This document shows, one piece after another, positions 1 through 15,600 of a stretch of DNA of 64,000 bases. The notes under the pieces are model-generated. The model did not search any database. It saw nothing but the letters and a program-made list of their open reading frames with translations, and had not been told where the DNA came from. Both the position numbers and the translations under genes were made by a program. Each line of letters begins with the position of its first letter. The stretch's first letter is position 1. The stretch lies in NCBI GenBank assembly GCA_976226885.1, contig OZ320319.1, positions 67,084,001 to 67,148,000 on the forward strand, in the 5' to 3' direction. The DNA comes from Iphione sp. A-MEVVRFRX5 (Eukaryota).

Positions 1-310
1 TTTCTGGTAACATCCGGCCAACAACCTAGGTAGGGAGGGGGGGAAAATCCTTTTTTAAATTTTTATCCTTTTCTTCCACTGGTTTTCACTAATAGTAAAG
101 ACAATATGGAGAATTTTGTCCAATTTGCAGTTTTTTGTTGAATTTCCATGGATTTTTTTGTTTTTCTACTGAATTTACCCAAAACATTTGCTGTGAAAGC
201 ATGTATCTAAGGAAATTAAGCCTTGAAAACTGCTTAGGGCAAAAATGTTTTAGGTAAAGTGAGGGTTTACTAGATAAAGGTGGGTCACCAGAAACTTGTT
301 TTGGCCTTAA
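1..310. mobile_element. Probable TTAA-flanked MITE, left end clipped by the window start
   Basis: TTTCTGGT at 1-8 is the reverse complement of ACCAGAAA at 287-294. The right end reads ...GGCC|TTAA (TTAA at 307-310). The left TIR should lie about 12 nt before base 1 and cannot be seen. Confidence 0.4.
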
Positions 311-749
311 CTTTAGGAGACTTATAGCATGGTAGAAGATAAGTGAAAGTCGTAAATAAACCTTCACTCAAGTAATCTTTTCGGGCAATCCTGGGCACCA
401 GCCAGATCACATCAACAGCAACGAGCAGGGGGGATTTTAAAACAACAAGATGTACCTCCTTATCATAGCAGACCTTGGCGACTGCTGAGCATTACCGTAC
501 AGCTTTTTCATTTTTATTGAAAGTGCTATGGCGCATTCTATTCGAATTTAGTAGGGGTCCGAAAATAGCAACATTGGTCAATATTTTATGATATGGTCAA
601 CTGCGTTGACTCCAGGGGAATAAAAAGTTTTACCCAGGTAGTTAACATTAAGCTTCTCATTCAAGCTTAGCCGTGATGATTAGAAACGTTCCAAGGTGGA
701 CACTATTCTCACAAGCCTTTGCTCATTTACTGTGTCTACAAAGTAACAT

Positions 750-849
750 TTTCACGGCAATGGATGGGCCCATATTTTACAGACATTGAACTTCAAAACA
801 GTTTCACGGCAATGGATGGGCCCATATTTTACAGACATTGAACTTCAAA
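750..849. repeat. Exact 48-bp direct duplication, period 52 bp
   Basis: TTTCACGGCAATGGATGGGCCCATATTTTACAGACATTGAACTTCAAA occurs at 750-797 and at 802-849. Confidence 0.95.
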
Positions 850-3800
850 GCTATTTCCGTCCTATGTCTATATTCATATCAGACGAACTGATGACCCCTC
901 ACTCTTTGGGGACAAAATCTATACCTATCCAGGCACTGGGCAGTTCAATGACTTGTTTGAATCAAGGCAACAACCTCATATCACTATTGACATTTCATAA
1001 AGACCGCTACAGTCGTGGCTGTAGAGAAGGTAACACGTTTCACATACGAAAACCTCAGGGCTAAAGCCTTATTAATTTATTTCAACTGATGCCTATGTTT
1101 TCTAAGTGCATCATATCGACCCACCAAAAGCTATTAAGGGTCCTTCTCCCTATACTTTCTCCCTGGAAGCGTTTTCTCTGTGAATCTCGAAATGGCTCAA
1201 TTGTAGATTGATTCACGTTTAAGTGTCCAATAATAAAGTGGATCTGCTATCGGGATATTGTGCAAGAAGATGGGTGAAGCGTTCAACGCACTGGTATCCT
1301 TATCTGTCTGCGTCCAGAATGAGAGTTGTATGCCAGGTGTAACTAGTGCGGCCTCCTATCATGAGCAAATGCATGGTCTTCGCCACGCAGACTAATTGTT
1401 TGGGCTGTAAATACTTTCCTCATCGCCTAGCATATTGAGCCAAGGCATTGATTTCCTGAATGCAGCCTTTCAAATAGTTGGTATCAGTGCCAACCTCACG
1501 GCAACACCCTAGAGGAAAATGGCAGCAGAGAGGAAGGGACGAAATTAACTCATGAAGAAGAACTCGTTAAACCATTCACGAACGCGCACCGGGGCTGAGC
1601 TAACAGTCTCATGTCAGTTTCGGTATCTTTGCCTCTTTTTTGCCTCTACTGAGCATGGAAATCACTTTACGTGAGATGGCTTCGTGCTCGATAAAACAAT
1701 CAGTCACCTGGCGCTTCCTGTTGGCGAAGAGGACGTCCTATTGGCATCATTGACATAGACTAAGAGAGCGCTAATAAATATGAAATCGTGGCCCTTTGAA
1801 GGAATGGCCGCTTCGATCGATATTCCCCTCTAGCGGTATATACAAAAAACAGACTGACAGAAGGACAAGCATGTCTCTCAGGCGCTTGGCGCAGCATGAG
1901 CATTTCGGGCGCTGTAAATAACTGCGGGCAGTTGACGACAGAACAACTCATACTTGATGGACGAAGCGAGTGAGCAGTATTCGTTTATAATTGGATGTGC
2001 TTGTCCTTCCTGAGAAGTTTTTTTCATTTCGGAAATCAATCACATATTGTCTCATATTAAAACCCTTCTCCATAGTTCTGTATTCGTCATAATTTTGTCA
2101 ACAGTACAGTCGAAAATGCTAAAACATAGACACACGATGAAATTAAGTGCTCACTACACTGTTGAGAGTGCCACAAATCATATGTAGAATTACCAGGTCC
2201 TATGCAAAGGCAGATGCTCGTCAATACACATGCGTTCGGGGAGAATTGCTTATCCTTTTTTCTCGTAATTTACTCTAGTTTCTTTTCGTCGAGATCTCTC
2301 AACGAGTGGTCCTGCACGAGGTACTTTTCATGTACTTCTATGTATATCTTACAACTGTCTTCGCGAAAACAAAACCAAACATTGGTTTCAATCACACTTA
2401 CAATAGATATGCTCATTTATGCAGGTATGCACGCATGAAGTAAATCTATGTGCATGGATGCCTGACTTGCAAAAACCACCCGTAGGTTGGCAAACATCTC
2501 AGTACTGTGATAGTAGGGGAGAACCCACTAACACGACAATCACAGGTGGGTTTCTAAGTAGGCTTTAATAAATCCCAAGCACAAGTTGCTCTTCATCAGG
2601 GGTCTTAGTCGCAGTACTGTTCACCCCGTTCACCCATATCAACCCACCTGCACCTGAAAAGGTTACGTGTGAAACATATTTTCCTACATCAAAGGAAAGT
2701 CAAAACGGTAAATGCTGGGTTCCTTTCATGTTGGCTTTGCTCGTTTCATTTAGTTTCAGTCTCTAGCCTCTTCTATGTATTTGTATATTCGCTTTGTGTA
2801 TTTACTCCGCTCAGAAACCTTCATTTGCTGCCAGTCTTCTTGCAGGATGCCCTTTTGTCATATTTTGTCATTTCCTCCTTCTTCTTGAATCTTTGTTAAT
2901 AGTTCTCCATTCGTAGAGTCTCTGTTCATTTCCCATATTGAAAGGCCACGTTTGTCCAAGGGAGTCATGTTTTAAGGAGAACTCAAATGCAAGTGCCACT
3001 GAGCATAGGCCAGTTTATTCTATTTCAAGTAAAGATTGACGAAGTGCTTTCAAGCTTTGCCGTTTTCATGAGCAGTAGCATTTCCTTTTCGAGGGCACCT
3101 TCCACACACATTGATTTCGTCACTCACATATTTGTTTTCGTGAATCATTCGTGAAGAAAAATAACGGGATTCAGTTGGACATTATATCAGAACCATTTCT
3201 GAACTAGTGAAATGAAAAGGACACTTTGAAGCCCTTCCAGTAAATGAGCCAGAGGATCCTCTGGAAATGAAATTCAGGTCCCAGGTGTATCGTGTACATG
3301 TATTCTCCAAAGGCGTATCTCTTTTCAGAGAAAACTGGGGACTCGCATTTTCCACCAGATTTGTGTTATGCAGAAATACGGTCGGATCCTGTTCTCTGAT
3401 GGTGAATAACAAGGTGCCAGCTGAATTGGTCATAACGGGAATTACCAGGTTAATTAGTGCATCCATTTGTCTGACATTGAGAAAATATTGGCCACCGTTG
3501 TGGTTCTATTTTAGATATATTTGGGGTTTAGCTGTAGGTCATTTACAGCCAAATATTTTCACATCAGCTTATATTTTCAGAAACAGGAAGTTATCCGCCT
3601 TGATATCCGGTTATCGCAAGTAGTAGCATATAAATTTATATTTTCTTGTTAAAAGAAAGTTACTTATCTAATTATCATTTTTGGTTCTAAGATTTTGTTT
3701 GGATTCGAATATCCTTATCAAGTTTAGATTATCCCCATACCTTTTACAATTTTGAGGAAGAACTTTTTTTTATATTTTCATTGCAGGCTTCCTGTCACGC

Positions 3801-6800
3801 AAGGAAAGTATGAAAATAGGAAAGAAAAAGTGACCGATTGGTTATCGTTGGATACCACAGTATTCACTTGCATTTTTTGTCGTGTTATCTATGCATGACA
3901 ATGTTTTGTTTTATTGCCGTTTCACATCAGTAGCGGCTGACGGTGTGGAAATAATGACTGCAAAATATTTCAAATTGTCTTGTTTTATTGCCAGGAAAAA
4001 AAGACCGTTCCTATTCGGTTACTTCTATATCAATTATGTGTGGATCGGGTGTCTGCTTTTCTTTCTTTCTCTTCATTCGTCAATCTTTCTTGTCGGGATT
4101 GTCCTTTAATAGCTGTTGAATTTCTTGTATCCCTGTCATTTAGTCGACACCGAATGGTTTTCAACATGTTATATAAATATTCCTTCCGTTCGGTACTTAT
4201 GGGAATGCGAATCGTTGTAGTAATGAACACTTTACACTGATAAAACTGATTACCGCAGAATTACAGCTACAGCATTATACTACTCATTACGTTTCTCTTT
4301 CTTTTTAACACTTTTTTCATGTACATTTTCATTTCGCTGGAAGAACTCGATACCTCGGGTATGAGATGCGAAATAAACTACTTGAACTTACAGCTACAAG
4401 TATTTAGAAGAAAATTATATGCATCTTTTCGTATCAGCATATAAGAAATTCGCTTTCCAGTTGTTTCGCACTGTTCGGAAGCCATTGCTATCCATTTGAA
4501 ACAGTTCGTACGTTACCACTCTTCTGTTAGTTTAGGGGGCGGTGTGTCTGTTGTGTGATAGAATCAATCAGTATTTCAGGAAATACACACTTACCAGTAC
4601 TTCAATAAAATGGAAGGAATTTCTTTTAGAGGTCGAGGTCACGTACGTGAGGACTTGGTGCTGAAACCCGCAGGACTGATCCCTAATATTTTGAAAGCTT
4701 TGTCACCATGTCCATACACTAAACCGATTTGTGTCGTTTACTTTAATCTCGATTGGAAACGGTAGTGTCGCCTTCTACTACTTTGGGTCGATGTATGTTG
4801 AAGATAGCAACGAAAGCCAAACACCTGCGGGCGTTTGCCTCGTTCACCGTGCCCCCACAAATACAACAAGATAATTAATCTTGACATTAATATGCAAGGC
4901 GTTCTTGTTGGCGGCTATTTAAAGCCCTATCCCTCAAGGCTGAGGCTATAGGTTGTGCTTGCCAAATTGCCCCGCCCCCAAGTCGCCTGTGGGGTCGCGT
5001 CCTTTTAGTATAGACAATGTTGCTAGACTGGACGGCGAAGTCCGCACCAAGAATAAGTAAGGCGTGTTAACTCTTGTATTGAGCGGGCCAAGTAGTAGTA
5101 CATAACATCTGATTATAATGTAACGGTGACATTTCCTTTTGAACACCAACCCCCCCAACAAAAATAAATAAATAAATACATGCTTGGCACCTCCGGGTAC
5201 AAGAGGGAAGTGCACGTTCTGATTTATCATATCGTTAGTCAGAAAGATCCGTTTTGGTGTTTATACCCTGGTGTGATGTACGCCATGTATTAAAGTAAGA
5301 TTGATATCATATTGCCTTGGAGGAAGAAAAGATATTATAACTAGTGCAGTCACTGTTGTGAAGGAAAGGTAAGTTGGCACCAGCCCGGTGACCTTCCGTC
5401 CCAGGTTGTCCAATGCGTAAAGAGACGTAATAAGCACTCAGAGGACCATCTGAACGATTAAGTGGGGGATGATAGTCCGTTAAGTGTGCAATCAGCGCGT
5501 TATACCCTGGAGACGATCGTTCATACAGGATAAGCCTCGGTCCACTCCAAGCAGGTGACGTGATTCAGGTATATTGTACACGGTCCTCCTACATCTGACG
5601 ATGCGTACGCACTTCTGACAGCCCGTTGTACTTCATTTGTGATCAACAGGGGGAGCTGTGTCAGGATATCAGTGTAAGTACATTGACTATTTCTCCATTA
5701 GAAGCCTATAAATTCCTACATACGGTAATCCTGTCAATCCATACGTGCCTTCAAAAGGTACAATATTACAAGTCAATGAGTTGCATTAAAACAACTCAAT
5801 ATTTTCCAAATTTGCAATACCCTCCCTCGCCAAAGTCATTGCGTTGCAAATCAAGGCACATTTAGGTATTAGTAATAGGCTATCTTTAATAACAGGATCT
5901 TGCCCTCCTAAAAATACTCTAGGATTTACCGTAATCATGAAATATGCCTTTTCAAACATACCTCTTTGTTTACTATGCATGGTCCAATCTACCGTTTGAA
6001 GACATAATCTGTACCTACAAGGTACATGTATATGAAAAAAACTGCAAACGGCTGTCAACTGCTTTCGCCTGAGTGACTTTCATATGACACAGTTATGGGT
6101 GTAAGATAAGAAATGGGAATTTTTAGAGGATAATTAAGGCCCGCAGCCCCGGTAGAGGCCAGAGAATATCTAATCATGCAGGCGGATTTGCACTGAGGTA
6201 AGATACACTTACACCTATACTAGGCGAGATCAAATGTTGTGTACGCATGTTGTTCGAGACACGAAATACTAGGGGCCATGTTTCCCTGAGCTTCGATGAT
6301 TCAGCGAAAAATGTTTCTGTTGAAAGGGAGTGGCAGGATATTGGTGGCTTATGAATTTAATCCATTGCATACGTCATAAAAAGAAGCAACCATAGACACT
6401 CTGGTTCTTCAAAATCAACAACACCAACGAACTACTTCATATCTGAAAATGGTATCTAGTACATCTTTTTCAGTGTTGTCAATAAATTGTCTATGAATAA
6501 CGTGATTATAATTACTCATAGCATATCATAACTAAAGACTCTTTTATCAACTGAACAAGTCTATAAAACTGTATATTCATTGTCCTGCATCACCACTCTT
6601 AACTATCAATTTAACAAGAATGGGTGATCGCGACTGTGAAAACCATCAGCATCGTGACGGCAGTATGATCATATAAATATTTTTCAGTTCAATTCAAGTC
6701 AGTTCAAATTATTACAGTTGTGATATTTTCGGTCAGAGCTGTAGGCAGTTTTGGTTTAATACTCCATGACCTCGAAAGTTCATTGCTAAAATCCAATAAG

Positions 6801-9383
6801 TGCATCAGAAAACAATACCGCTAAAATACAACCGAGTAGAAATGCCTTTTGCTTGTGTTAAAACACAAGACAGGTGAATCCAGGTGTCATGAACATGATC
6901 ATCATCCCTCTACTGAACGAGAAAAACATCAGAAATGTGACCTTCAGTACAAACAGGATACAACAGCAACAGTCACATTCCTGTATACTGCAGATAGTGA
7001 GGGCATTTTGAGGGAACAGTAAGACCACTATGAAACGCTCGATACAATGGCAAATGAGTTACAGTCAGGTACAGTAGAACTTCGCCTACATAGTGCTGAC
7101 ACATAGTTTTAACCAAGGTATACGTGTAGATGCAGTTGGATACATTAACAGGTCTATTTATCGGGTCAGCAGTCAATGCAACGTGTCATTTAAGTCCACA
7201 AGGACAAGCCAGCAAGTCGTCAACCAACAGTAAAAAGAAGATAATATAACTAATGAATTGTGACGATGTGTATTATTCTATACTGGAGTGTATAGAACAC
7301 TGGTTAATAGTGTCAGAAGCATCGAGTTGATGGTGAATATCGTTAGTGAATTACAAAGTGTTTATTTAGTAGTAGATTAGCTATTTCAAGAACATATGAT
7401 TGTATTTTTACGATGTGGAGAAAGATTAATGAAGAATTGATTAGCTTCAGTGCTAAATACATGTATAGATACGTGACAGGAAATTTGTTAGTTTTACTAG
7501 TGTTGTTGTGAAGTTTTACTTCATGATGTAAATAATACAATCCAGTTAAAAATGAAAGCATGTAAATCCTTATGACATCAAGTAAGAATAAAAAGCAAAT
7601 TGGATCGTTTTGTGCGCAGAATGAAGTACCGGTGATGGATATATCATGTGAGCACTTTAATAAGTAAGACACAGTTTGGAATTACTGATATTTATAATTA
7701 GGTCATATGACCCCTATGCCATGGATACCAACATATACGTGGGTAATATGTACATGTGACTCGAGAGTTCTTCTTCCTTAAAAATTTCTTCCTCCATCTG
7801 ACGAAAACATCCTATTTACCATTGTCAGCAAAGGGAAATGCAATACCTTGATGATATGTGATGTGATTCAGGTACAGCCATTGTCAAATAGGTATCATGG
7901 TTATTTATATAAGATAATTATTTGAACAGTACTTAAGCATACTTTCTTGCTAAAGTAATTTATAGTGTATAAATTGATAATGTGATAATTATGAATGACC
8001 AGGGAAAGACACCTGTCAACCAGAGTTAGCCAGCTGAGAGTTCAGGTTTAAAGGTTGTCCTACCATATGGTACAGAGAGAGCAAAACACCTGTCACCCTG
8101 CGATCATTGGATGTCTGTTGCGGAAAGTCCATTTTAGGTTGGTTTCCATATGTGCGTTATTGTGTTGTGTCAGCATTTGTGTTGTTTTGCGGTTTCGCCC
8201 AGTTGGCAGTAATAACTGCTTTACCCTCATACCGCCGCATTGATCGTTCCCTCTGCTTGCATTTTGCTAGCCTAGCATTTTGTTTCCACAAATATCGGAA
8301 ATTGTGGCAAATATGCTTTTGTTTCAGTAAATATCCTGAAGTTTGGGCAAATAGGTGTTTTTCTGCCCCCATAAATGTCCTTACATTGCAATGATTGCAA
8401 TTACTATGATTTTCATAAACCTGTAAATATATGGATATTATCCCCGTATTATGCATATATTATGTATATGTAAAACAGCAAGCGTACGTATTTAGAGACT
8501 GAATTATTGATACCTGCACATCAAAAAAATATCTACGTGTCTTTTTATTCTCGACTACTATTGGTATGTCAGAGTTACAGTCACATCGTATCCATCTTGA
8601 ATGTCATCTCTGATAAGATTTTACTTTACTTTTATAACACGTTTTTGACGCCACCATTAATGCATCGAGGACAAATCAAATTTGTCAGGGAATTTCTGTT
8701 TGAAATGCGTCTTCTATAAGACATACAAACATCGCTTCGAGGGTTTCATTTAAATGATTAAACAAACGAAACTTCAAGAAGCGTTCGTCATGCAACTTTC
8801 AACGGTGGCAGCTGAAGGGAAGAGCAGTAATTACATACAGACTTGTTTTCTCCTCTGTCCTTCAAAGAGATGATCTAGCATACGCCTTCCACTTTCGATA
8901 GAAATAATTAAAGGAATGCACAATACGGCAGTGCTACCTCTAACACCTCGAGATATTCGACGTTATGTCAGTGTAGATATTTGATCAGTAGTCTGTACAT
9001 ATAGACAGTAATGTACCTGATCTCCTCTGTTCCAACGCTGCAACGCTAATGATGATGTCGTCAAATGTCCTCCTACATCTTTGAAGACCGCGCTGAGACT
9101 AGAGGAGGGGCAGGCCTCATGTCTTTGAAGATAAGGTGTGTCGCAAAGAGAGAGAACCAAAGGAATTCATCTCCTTGACGTAATTTGCTGGTGAGCCTCT
9201 ATATCAAAATACACCCTTCTTTCCGCATATGCCTTCCTTTCAGTGATCTTTTTGTACACTTCAGCCATGACCAAATAATCTCATGTATTCGAGCATATAC
9301 CTGCTGAAGTGATATAGACTTCTGTGTAACGCACAGGTTGAGGTTAACCGCGCAAGACGCCCAAAAAACTGGTATTAGTAGGG

Positions 9384-9647
9384 TGGACACACATCCTTGT
9401 AAAGGCTAGAATATGTAATACATGTAGTAATACAGATACACATCATACTAATAAAGCATGGACTAAGTAGTAGTATCATGAACACATATCCTTAGAAGAT
9501 GTAGAATAGGTGATAGTATCATGGACTTACATCCTCATAAGGTGTAGAATAGGTAGTAGTATCATAGGTAGTAGTATCATGGCCTTACATCCTTATAAGG
9601 TGTAGGTCGAAGGATCATGGACACACGTTCTTATAGAGTATAGAATA
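9384..9647. repeat. Degenerate minisatellite, unit about 43 bp
   Basis: About 5-6 diverged copies of GTAGTAGTATCATGGACTTACATCCTTATAAGGTGTAGAATAG, e.g. at 9467, 9510 and 9568, with a partial unit at 9553. Confidence 0.8.
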
Positions 9648-12600
9648 AACAGTGAGGATATTCACTTGCACCTCTCGCTCCAGACCCTTTTCATGAGTAC
9701 CTGGCGAAATGCCAGAAATTGTACATAGGATACAGCTGGCCTGATTTGCACCATTGTGTTGCAGGATATGGCTTCTTAAAATTAAGACCAACCTTTGCCG
9801 CGTCCTGCGCAGTCTTTAGCATTAGTTTTTGTAGTAAATAATATCTCAATGGTGTATAGAAACTCATTTAGATTGCCTCAAAGTAAAGTTGCATATCAAA
9901 CTGTGTTACATGTGAAACCGTTTATGTAAAAAATACGTTTACTCTGTACATTTCAATGTTCCCTTTGTCTATCACTCTCTTCCTCTGCATCAACACTAGG
10001 CAACCCTGTGAACGTTACCGCCACGTATAGTCCTTTTGAGATTGAAACTTGCTTTGAGCGCGACCATCGACTACACTATTTTTTCCTTGACGCAGCAATA
10101 TGTGGCAATATACATGTATAGGGCGGAAGAGTGAAAGAAGAAAATTAAAGATTGAGTAGCTGACATTATGAAATGTTATATGACATCTTCTGAAATGAGA
10201 CGAGTTTAGTCCCATTTAGTACCTTAAAAGAAATTTTGATTCATGTCTTCTCATTGGTTTATTCTGTTAGATGCTATAGAAGAGATCGTTTGTTATTTTT
10301 GTGTTAATGTTCAATTTCATCAACGCCGTTTAAGTCCCTCGAGAGTTTCCCGAAATAAACACGTGAGAACTGCGATGGCAAAAATGCAAGACGGATGATC
10401 TGACAGGTTCTCATATATTCTCTGCCAAAAGCCGATCTCAAACGGTATTATTTTCGCATCCCTTGAAGATGTAGGCATCATTAACGTTGAGGTCGTCTCC
10501 GTTATCGATAACAGAAGGTCTTGTCTTAATCATGAGCTTTTAGCCGCCTTTAGTCGCCCTTAGTGGGGGCGATATCAGCATTCTGATTGCCGCTCGACGA
10601 ATGCAATTAGCTTCCCCTGTCTCACCTTGGGGTTCGGGCCCAGATCTTGTCGAATGGCGCGCGAATCATTTGAGCTGTGTCCAAAACAAAAAAAGCCCGC
10701 CTCATATTACTCTCAGGAGAGCATGTCTGTCTGATAGGATGTCCATTTGCCGTCACCCACACACGTGGATGGCGTACTAGTGCAATCGAAGTGAAATCAC
10801 ATGTCATAAAAGCGACGGAACTCCTAACGAGTAACAAGTCCGAAAGTAACCTCTGTCACATAGATCCCTTTGCCTGGCTTGTCTCTTTGCCTTTACGGCA
10901 TAGCAGCAGAGAGCGGGGTCTATATTACATTTCCCTTGTCGAGGAGTCGTTTTTCCCCGCTGCTGAGAAGCCTCTGGCCGGCTGCACGCCGTCCGTTTCT
11001 GCTCGGCACGTTATCGGCGATGAGCTATTAGTTACACTTCAGTAGCGCCATAATTAAATTCCGCAAGATGAAGTCGATTGAAACGCAATCATGCACCAGC
11101 CCAGTGACATCCACACAGGCTGGTCCGAATTCCATTACGTTATTGTTAATCATAATTAATGGGATCTGATTGTATTGGCTCTCCTGGGAGAGACTACACG
11201 ACCCACACTGCCAGCGAATCTACTCAGCGTCCGCGAGATAAATGTCTGATCGAGGCAGCGCCCCCTCCCCCTGCCTGCCGAAAACACTTTAATGGGTCTT
11301 GTAATAAAGGCATCACCGAAAGACAACAGCCAACTTATCACACGGCCTAGGTTGACGTCTCAGTAATCCCTTTGCTGGTAAAAGTAGCCGTGAAAGTGAG
11401 CTCTCCCGGGGGCGGTCTCCCTTGCCATCCTGCTCGTTTATGCCTTGCTTTTCGTGAAATGGAAGTGGCCTAATGCTGTCACTGATGATGAAGATTGCCG
11501 GATTCTACTAAGGCATGCCCCATGTCGTAGCATGCTGAAGGCAAACCTTGTATTTCATTTGTTTAATCAGAGCAAATGATAGCATGTAACTCGTCTTGAT
11601 TAGACTGAATATTGCAGTTTCTCTAGTTTAAGTTCGATGCTTTTTATTATCATCGACACCCTCTCCTTTGAAAACAGCGAATCAGTTGTGCCCAGCGTTC
11701 GACATCAAAAGAAAAGAAAACACAAGAGAACCTTAAACGCAGCCTTGAAGGAATTTTGGGATAAGACCACACGACCATCGGCCAAGGCCTATCTATCAAT
11801 GGTACCTAGAGAGAAACGCCTCCAGAAATAAAAGCGCTGTACAGAAATGTATAGTCTTGCCCCATATATCGCAGAATGGCCGCCAGTGGACAGATTCTAG
11901 AGTTCCTAGCTTTAGTACTTGTTGAAGGCAGCAACATATGCTTGGATTTAGTACTTCAGAGTTAGGCAATGGCCCAACTATAGGACGAATAATGAAATAC
12001 TGAATCTCATCGAGAAGTTGAAAAAACACAGCGTAATGTCTATTGCAGCAGCAGTTTACCACTTTATTGTACGGGATATTTATGGTAGTGCCTACTCAGC
12101 AAGAATCCCACACACTATAATGGCAATTTGAAAGTTCAATGTTCTGAGATGATCACAGTTATTTTTAAGCGTTTTCCCGCTTTTTATACCATGTACTTTA
12201 TCTCTTGCCTCAGCATACCTTATTGCATCGGACGTAAGTGGTTTACTGTGATTTTGTGTTAGGAACGCCACTAATAGACACGTTAGCCAAGCCGTAATGG
12301 TTTCATGTCTTTGCCAACCCCGAAAGACTGTTTATAACTATTTACTCGTCTGGGCACAGTATTATCTCCGGCTGAAACCACCAGAAGACGTCAAGCTACA
12401 CAAACATGCTAATGCCAGATTATATAAAATATATCCCCACCACCATTACAAGGTACGTTCCCCGGTTCAATACACATGGTTGTATCCACGTGTATTAACT
12501 TCACATGATTGATGATACATACAATTGTGTATATATGTATACATGTATTTACATTTGTATTTTTTGCTATATTCATGTGTGTCCTGGAACTGCTTGTCAC

Positions 12601-15600
12601 ATTAGAAGGGAAATGGAGCAATGAAATGCATTGAAGTAAATGTACCTTTGCATGTTCTAACATTCACTGCGAGACCTTTATGCGTGTCAGAATACACCAT
12701 CGCTTGTTTAATGGCTTGTGTACAGATGCCCCCACAGTTCATCTTCCATGCCGTTAGCATGATTGGGCACTTCTGAAGTCGTCCATATTTTTTTCCGTTC
12801 CCCCTTTAGGTCTCTCTTATCCAACTCTCTGTGTTTCTTTGCCTGGCGGATATATCGCAGGGTCCCCGCATGTCCTCTTTATTATAGCCCATCACAGAGG
12901 CAAGTCTGATTCTATACAAATCTAAGTAAAGGTAATAATTGGCCAGGGGATGTGTCTCGGCCGGGCCATTGAAACGTTACCTGCCAGCCAGTCTAGACAC
13001 ATATTAATATGATAAATATCATTTCACACTATATGTACATGTTTCGAGACCTGTTTTGAAATAAATAGTAAACCTGTGAATACTGCCATTTGATCATGTC
13101 AGTAGGACATGACCAAAGACATTACTGGTAGCTAGTGTTTTCTCTAAGAAGGAATCATCAAAATATTCGGACATGGTATGTAAGATGTTCCGTGGATAAT
13201 GTTCCCCATTCGAACCTTTCTTTTCGATTCAGTTACCAGAAGTGAAATTCCTCTGCACGTTGCATGACTCTACACCTTTCATGATGTGCAAACTATGACT
13301 GATCAATTACCTATGTAGTCTCTTAAAGTTTGTATTGACAATCACTTGCAACTAAAAACAGTTCATAGGTTTTGCGTTTAAAACCATTGCCGACATTTCA
13401 ATCACACAGCCTAGAGGAATTGACGTCCAAAAGACGCCAAAGTCACCTCACTTTGAAGTGGAGCTCCTTAGGGTCCTGGCGAATTGATTAGGAATCCAGC
13501 ATCCAGATTGTGGCTGCTACTATAGATGAGGCTGTACAGCAGTGGAGGCTGCCTGGAGGACATGTAAGGATATGCCTGTTTGGTTGTATCGGGATATACT
13601 AGAAGGAACACAATTTTACCCGTGTTGATGTCAGTTGTAGACGGGATAATTTGAGGTAAAAGATGTTGTATTTGTTTACCTGCCACCCCCATAGTAAACA
13701 CTTAATTAATGAGACAATCTCACATTAACTCCCTATCTATACAATAAAATTGAATAATTTGGGGAACTACTTTTTGTCAACAATTGGAATGGACCATCTC
13801 CATGACAAAGCATGGAGGAGGCTTGGTAATCACTGATTGGTTGCCACAACAGGGTAGTGTTTGCTTCTGGCTAGCTGTGTTTTCGTTTTAGTTAAGATGT
13901 TGAATCTTGCAGTAACTGGTCCGCGTGCTTCCTACGGAATCGGCCCTATTGTATAGGGCAACCGTTGCATCGTCAAACTTTGTCGTAAACAACAGAGCAT
14001 TAACGAGTGCCGTAAAAATGATTCCGACCCGCTTGGGGGGATTAAGGTTTTCATAACCATAGGGGACAATATGCCATGCCTGGTGCTCATCAATCAGACG
14101 TGTATCTCATCGAAGAGTGGATCGAATGGCATTAACCGACCTTCATCTGATTAAATGTAGCATTTCCGATCATCCCCATACGCATTTTTTCCGCCCCAGT
14201 CAGAAGTGATCTCGTGCTTCGCATGGTAGTTATAGGTCTATATGTGGCATATCTCGGAAATGGCCGGAGTATATTTCTATTTGGATCGGGCCGTTCCCTT
14301 CCAAGAATTGTTGTCAGTATATAAATGTTTCAGTACTATAAACAATTCTGAATATCCTGTATTATCTCATTTTTGTTTTGTTTTTTTGTGTTAGAAGTTG
14401 TTCTTTGTTTTGTACTCGATGTATGAATTATTTAATGGGGATTAATCTCTTCTCTTCCTGCTCTATAGGGCAATTACCACATTGTTGCCAGGAGAATTAA
14501 GTTCACTTTTCTAAACGACGGGTTCTCAAATATAGACACGATTGCTGGCATTCAATTATCTTAAAGAAGCAACTGATGTCATTTTTGTTGATATGTTTGA
14601 TATTTTGCGAAGACCTTTGTTCTTAAAACAATTTTGCCTTGAAGGAGAGGCGCAATTATGGTGAATTTTCTTGGATGAAGCGGAAAATTAGTTCCGGACA
14701 CAATGACCGATTCTTTCTGTGGAGTTTCTTGTGCGCGAGTCTCGTGTATTTTTAAAGCAAACATCGCGAACAACGGCAATTCAATAATCATTTCCCCCCT
14801 TGAATGTCCGAACAGTGCAGGGGGAAGAAATCTGCGCACATTATCTCGGATAGGATTTAGAAAGAAGACAAAACAATTTGTGATCTTAAAAAATTCTGAG
14901 CCACCACTGTGAAGGAGTCTATTAATGTGATTCTTAATCCCGAACCAGGGCCGCGCCTGGTCTGGGGCCTTCTGGCAGCACGCGAGGGACAGTGCCTGTG
15001 AGGTGGCATGTGCTCAGTCTGTTTAATAATTCCAATCGCCCACCAATTCGTATTTTCTCGCCAAGGCCATGTTTTAGGAGACGTTCGGTCCTCTCTTCTT
15101 TGGCAGCTAATTAGGAAGGCAAACGGCCCGGGTGGTCCTTTTGAACGACAATGAGATCAGAACATGTGCCGACGTATCATAAACTGATCAGAGGGAGAGC
15201 TGCTGAAAAAAAAGCATGGCAGCTTGGTGGAAAATACGACGGCATGTAAAAGGTGGGATGGAAACCCAAAAAGATTACATGGGAACAGGAAGAAGACATG
15301 GATATGAACGGTCTTGTCACGACAACGTAATGAAACGCCGTCTCCATGCAAAAATGTCCGAGCTGATAGGGTCATCTGCCTAATGGAGGCAACTATCTAT
15401 GTCGCTAGATGGCGCTTTGCAAATATTACGGCCTTGGCCGGGCATCGAGAAACCTCGTCGTTGCCTGACTCACAAGAAAAGGAGCTTGGAACCTAGAACC
15501 TTAGAATCTAGACCCTTCTCTGATGAAACATTCAATATACAACCAGAAAACAAACGTGTATATACCTACGTTTATCTTTATGTATTTTAATTCATCTAGA

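Noticed and set aside
2570-2610. Hammerhead-like core on the - strand (CCCCTGATGAAGAGCAACTTGTGCTTGGGA), Penelope-like
   Set aside because: GGGA replaces the required GAAA, stems I and III could not be built, and no Penelope ORF is adjacent. At most a dead relic.
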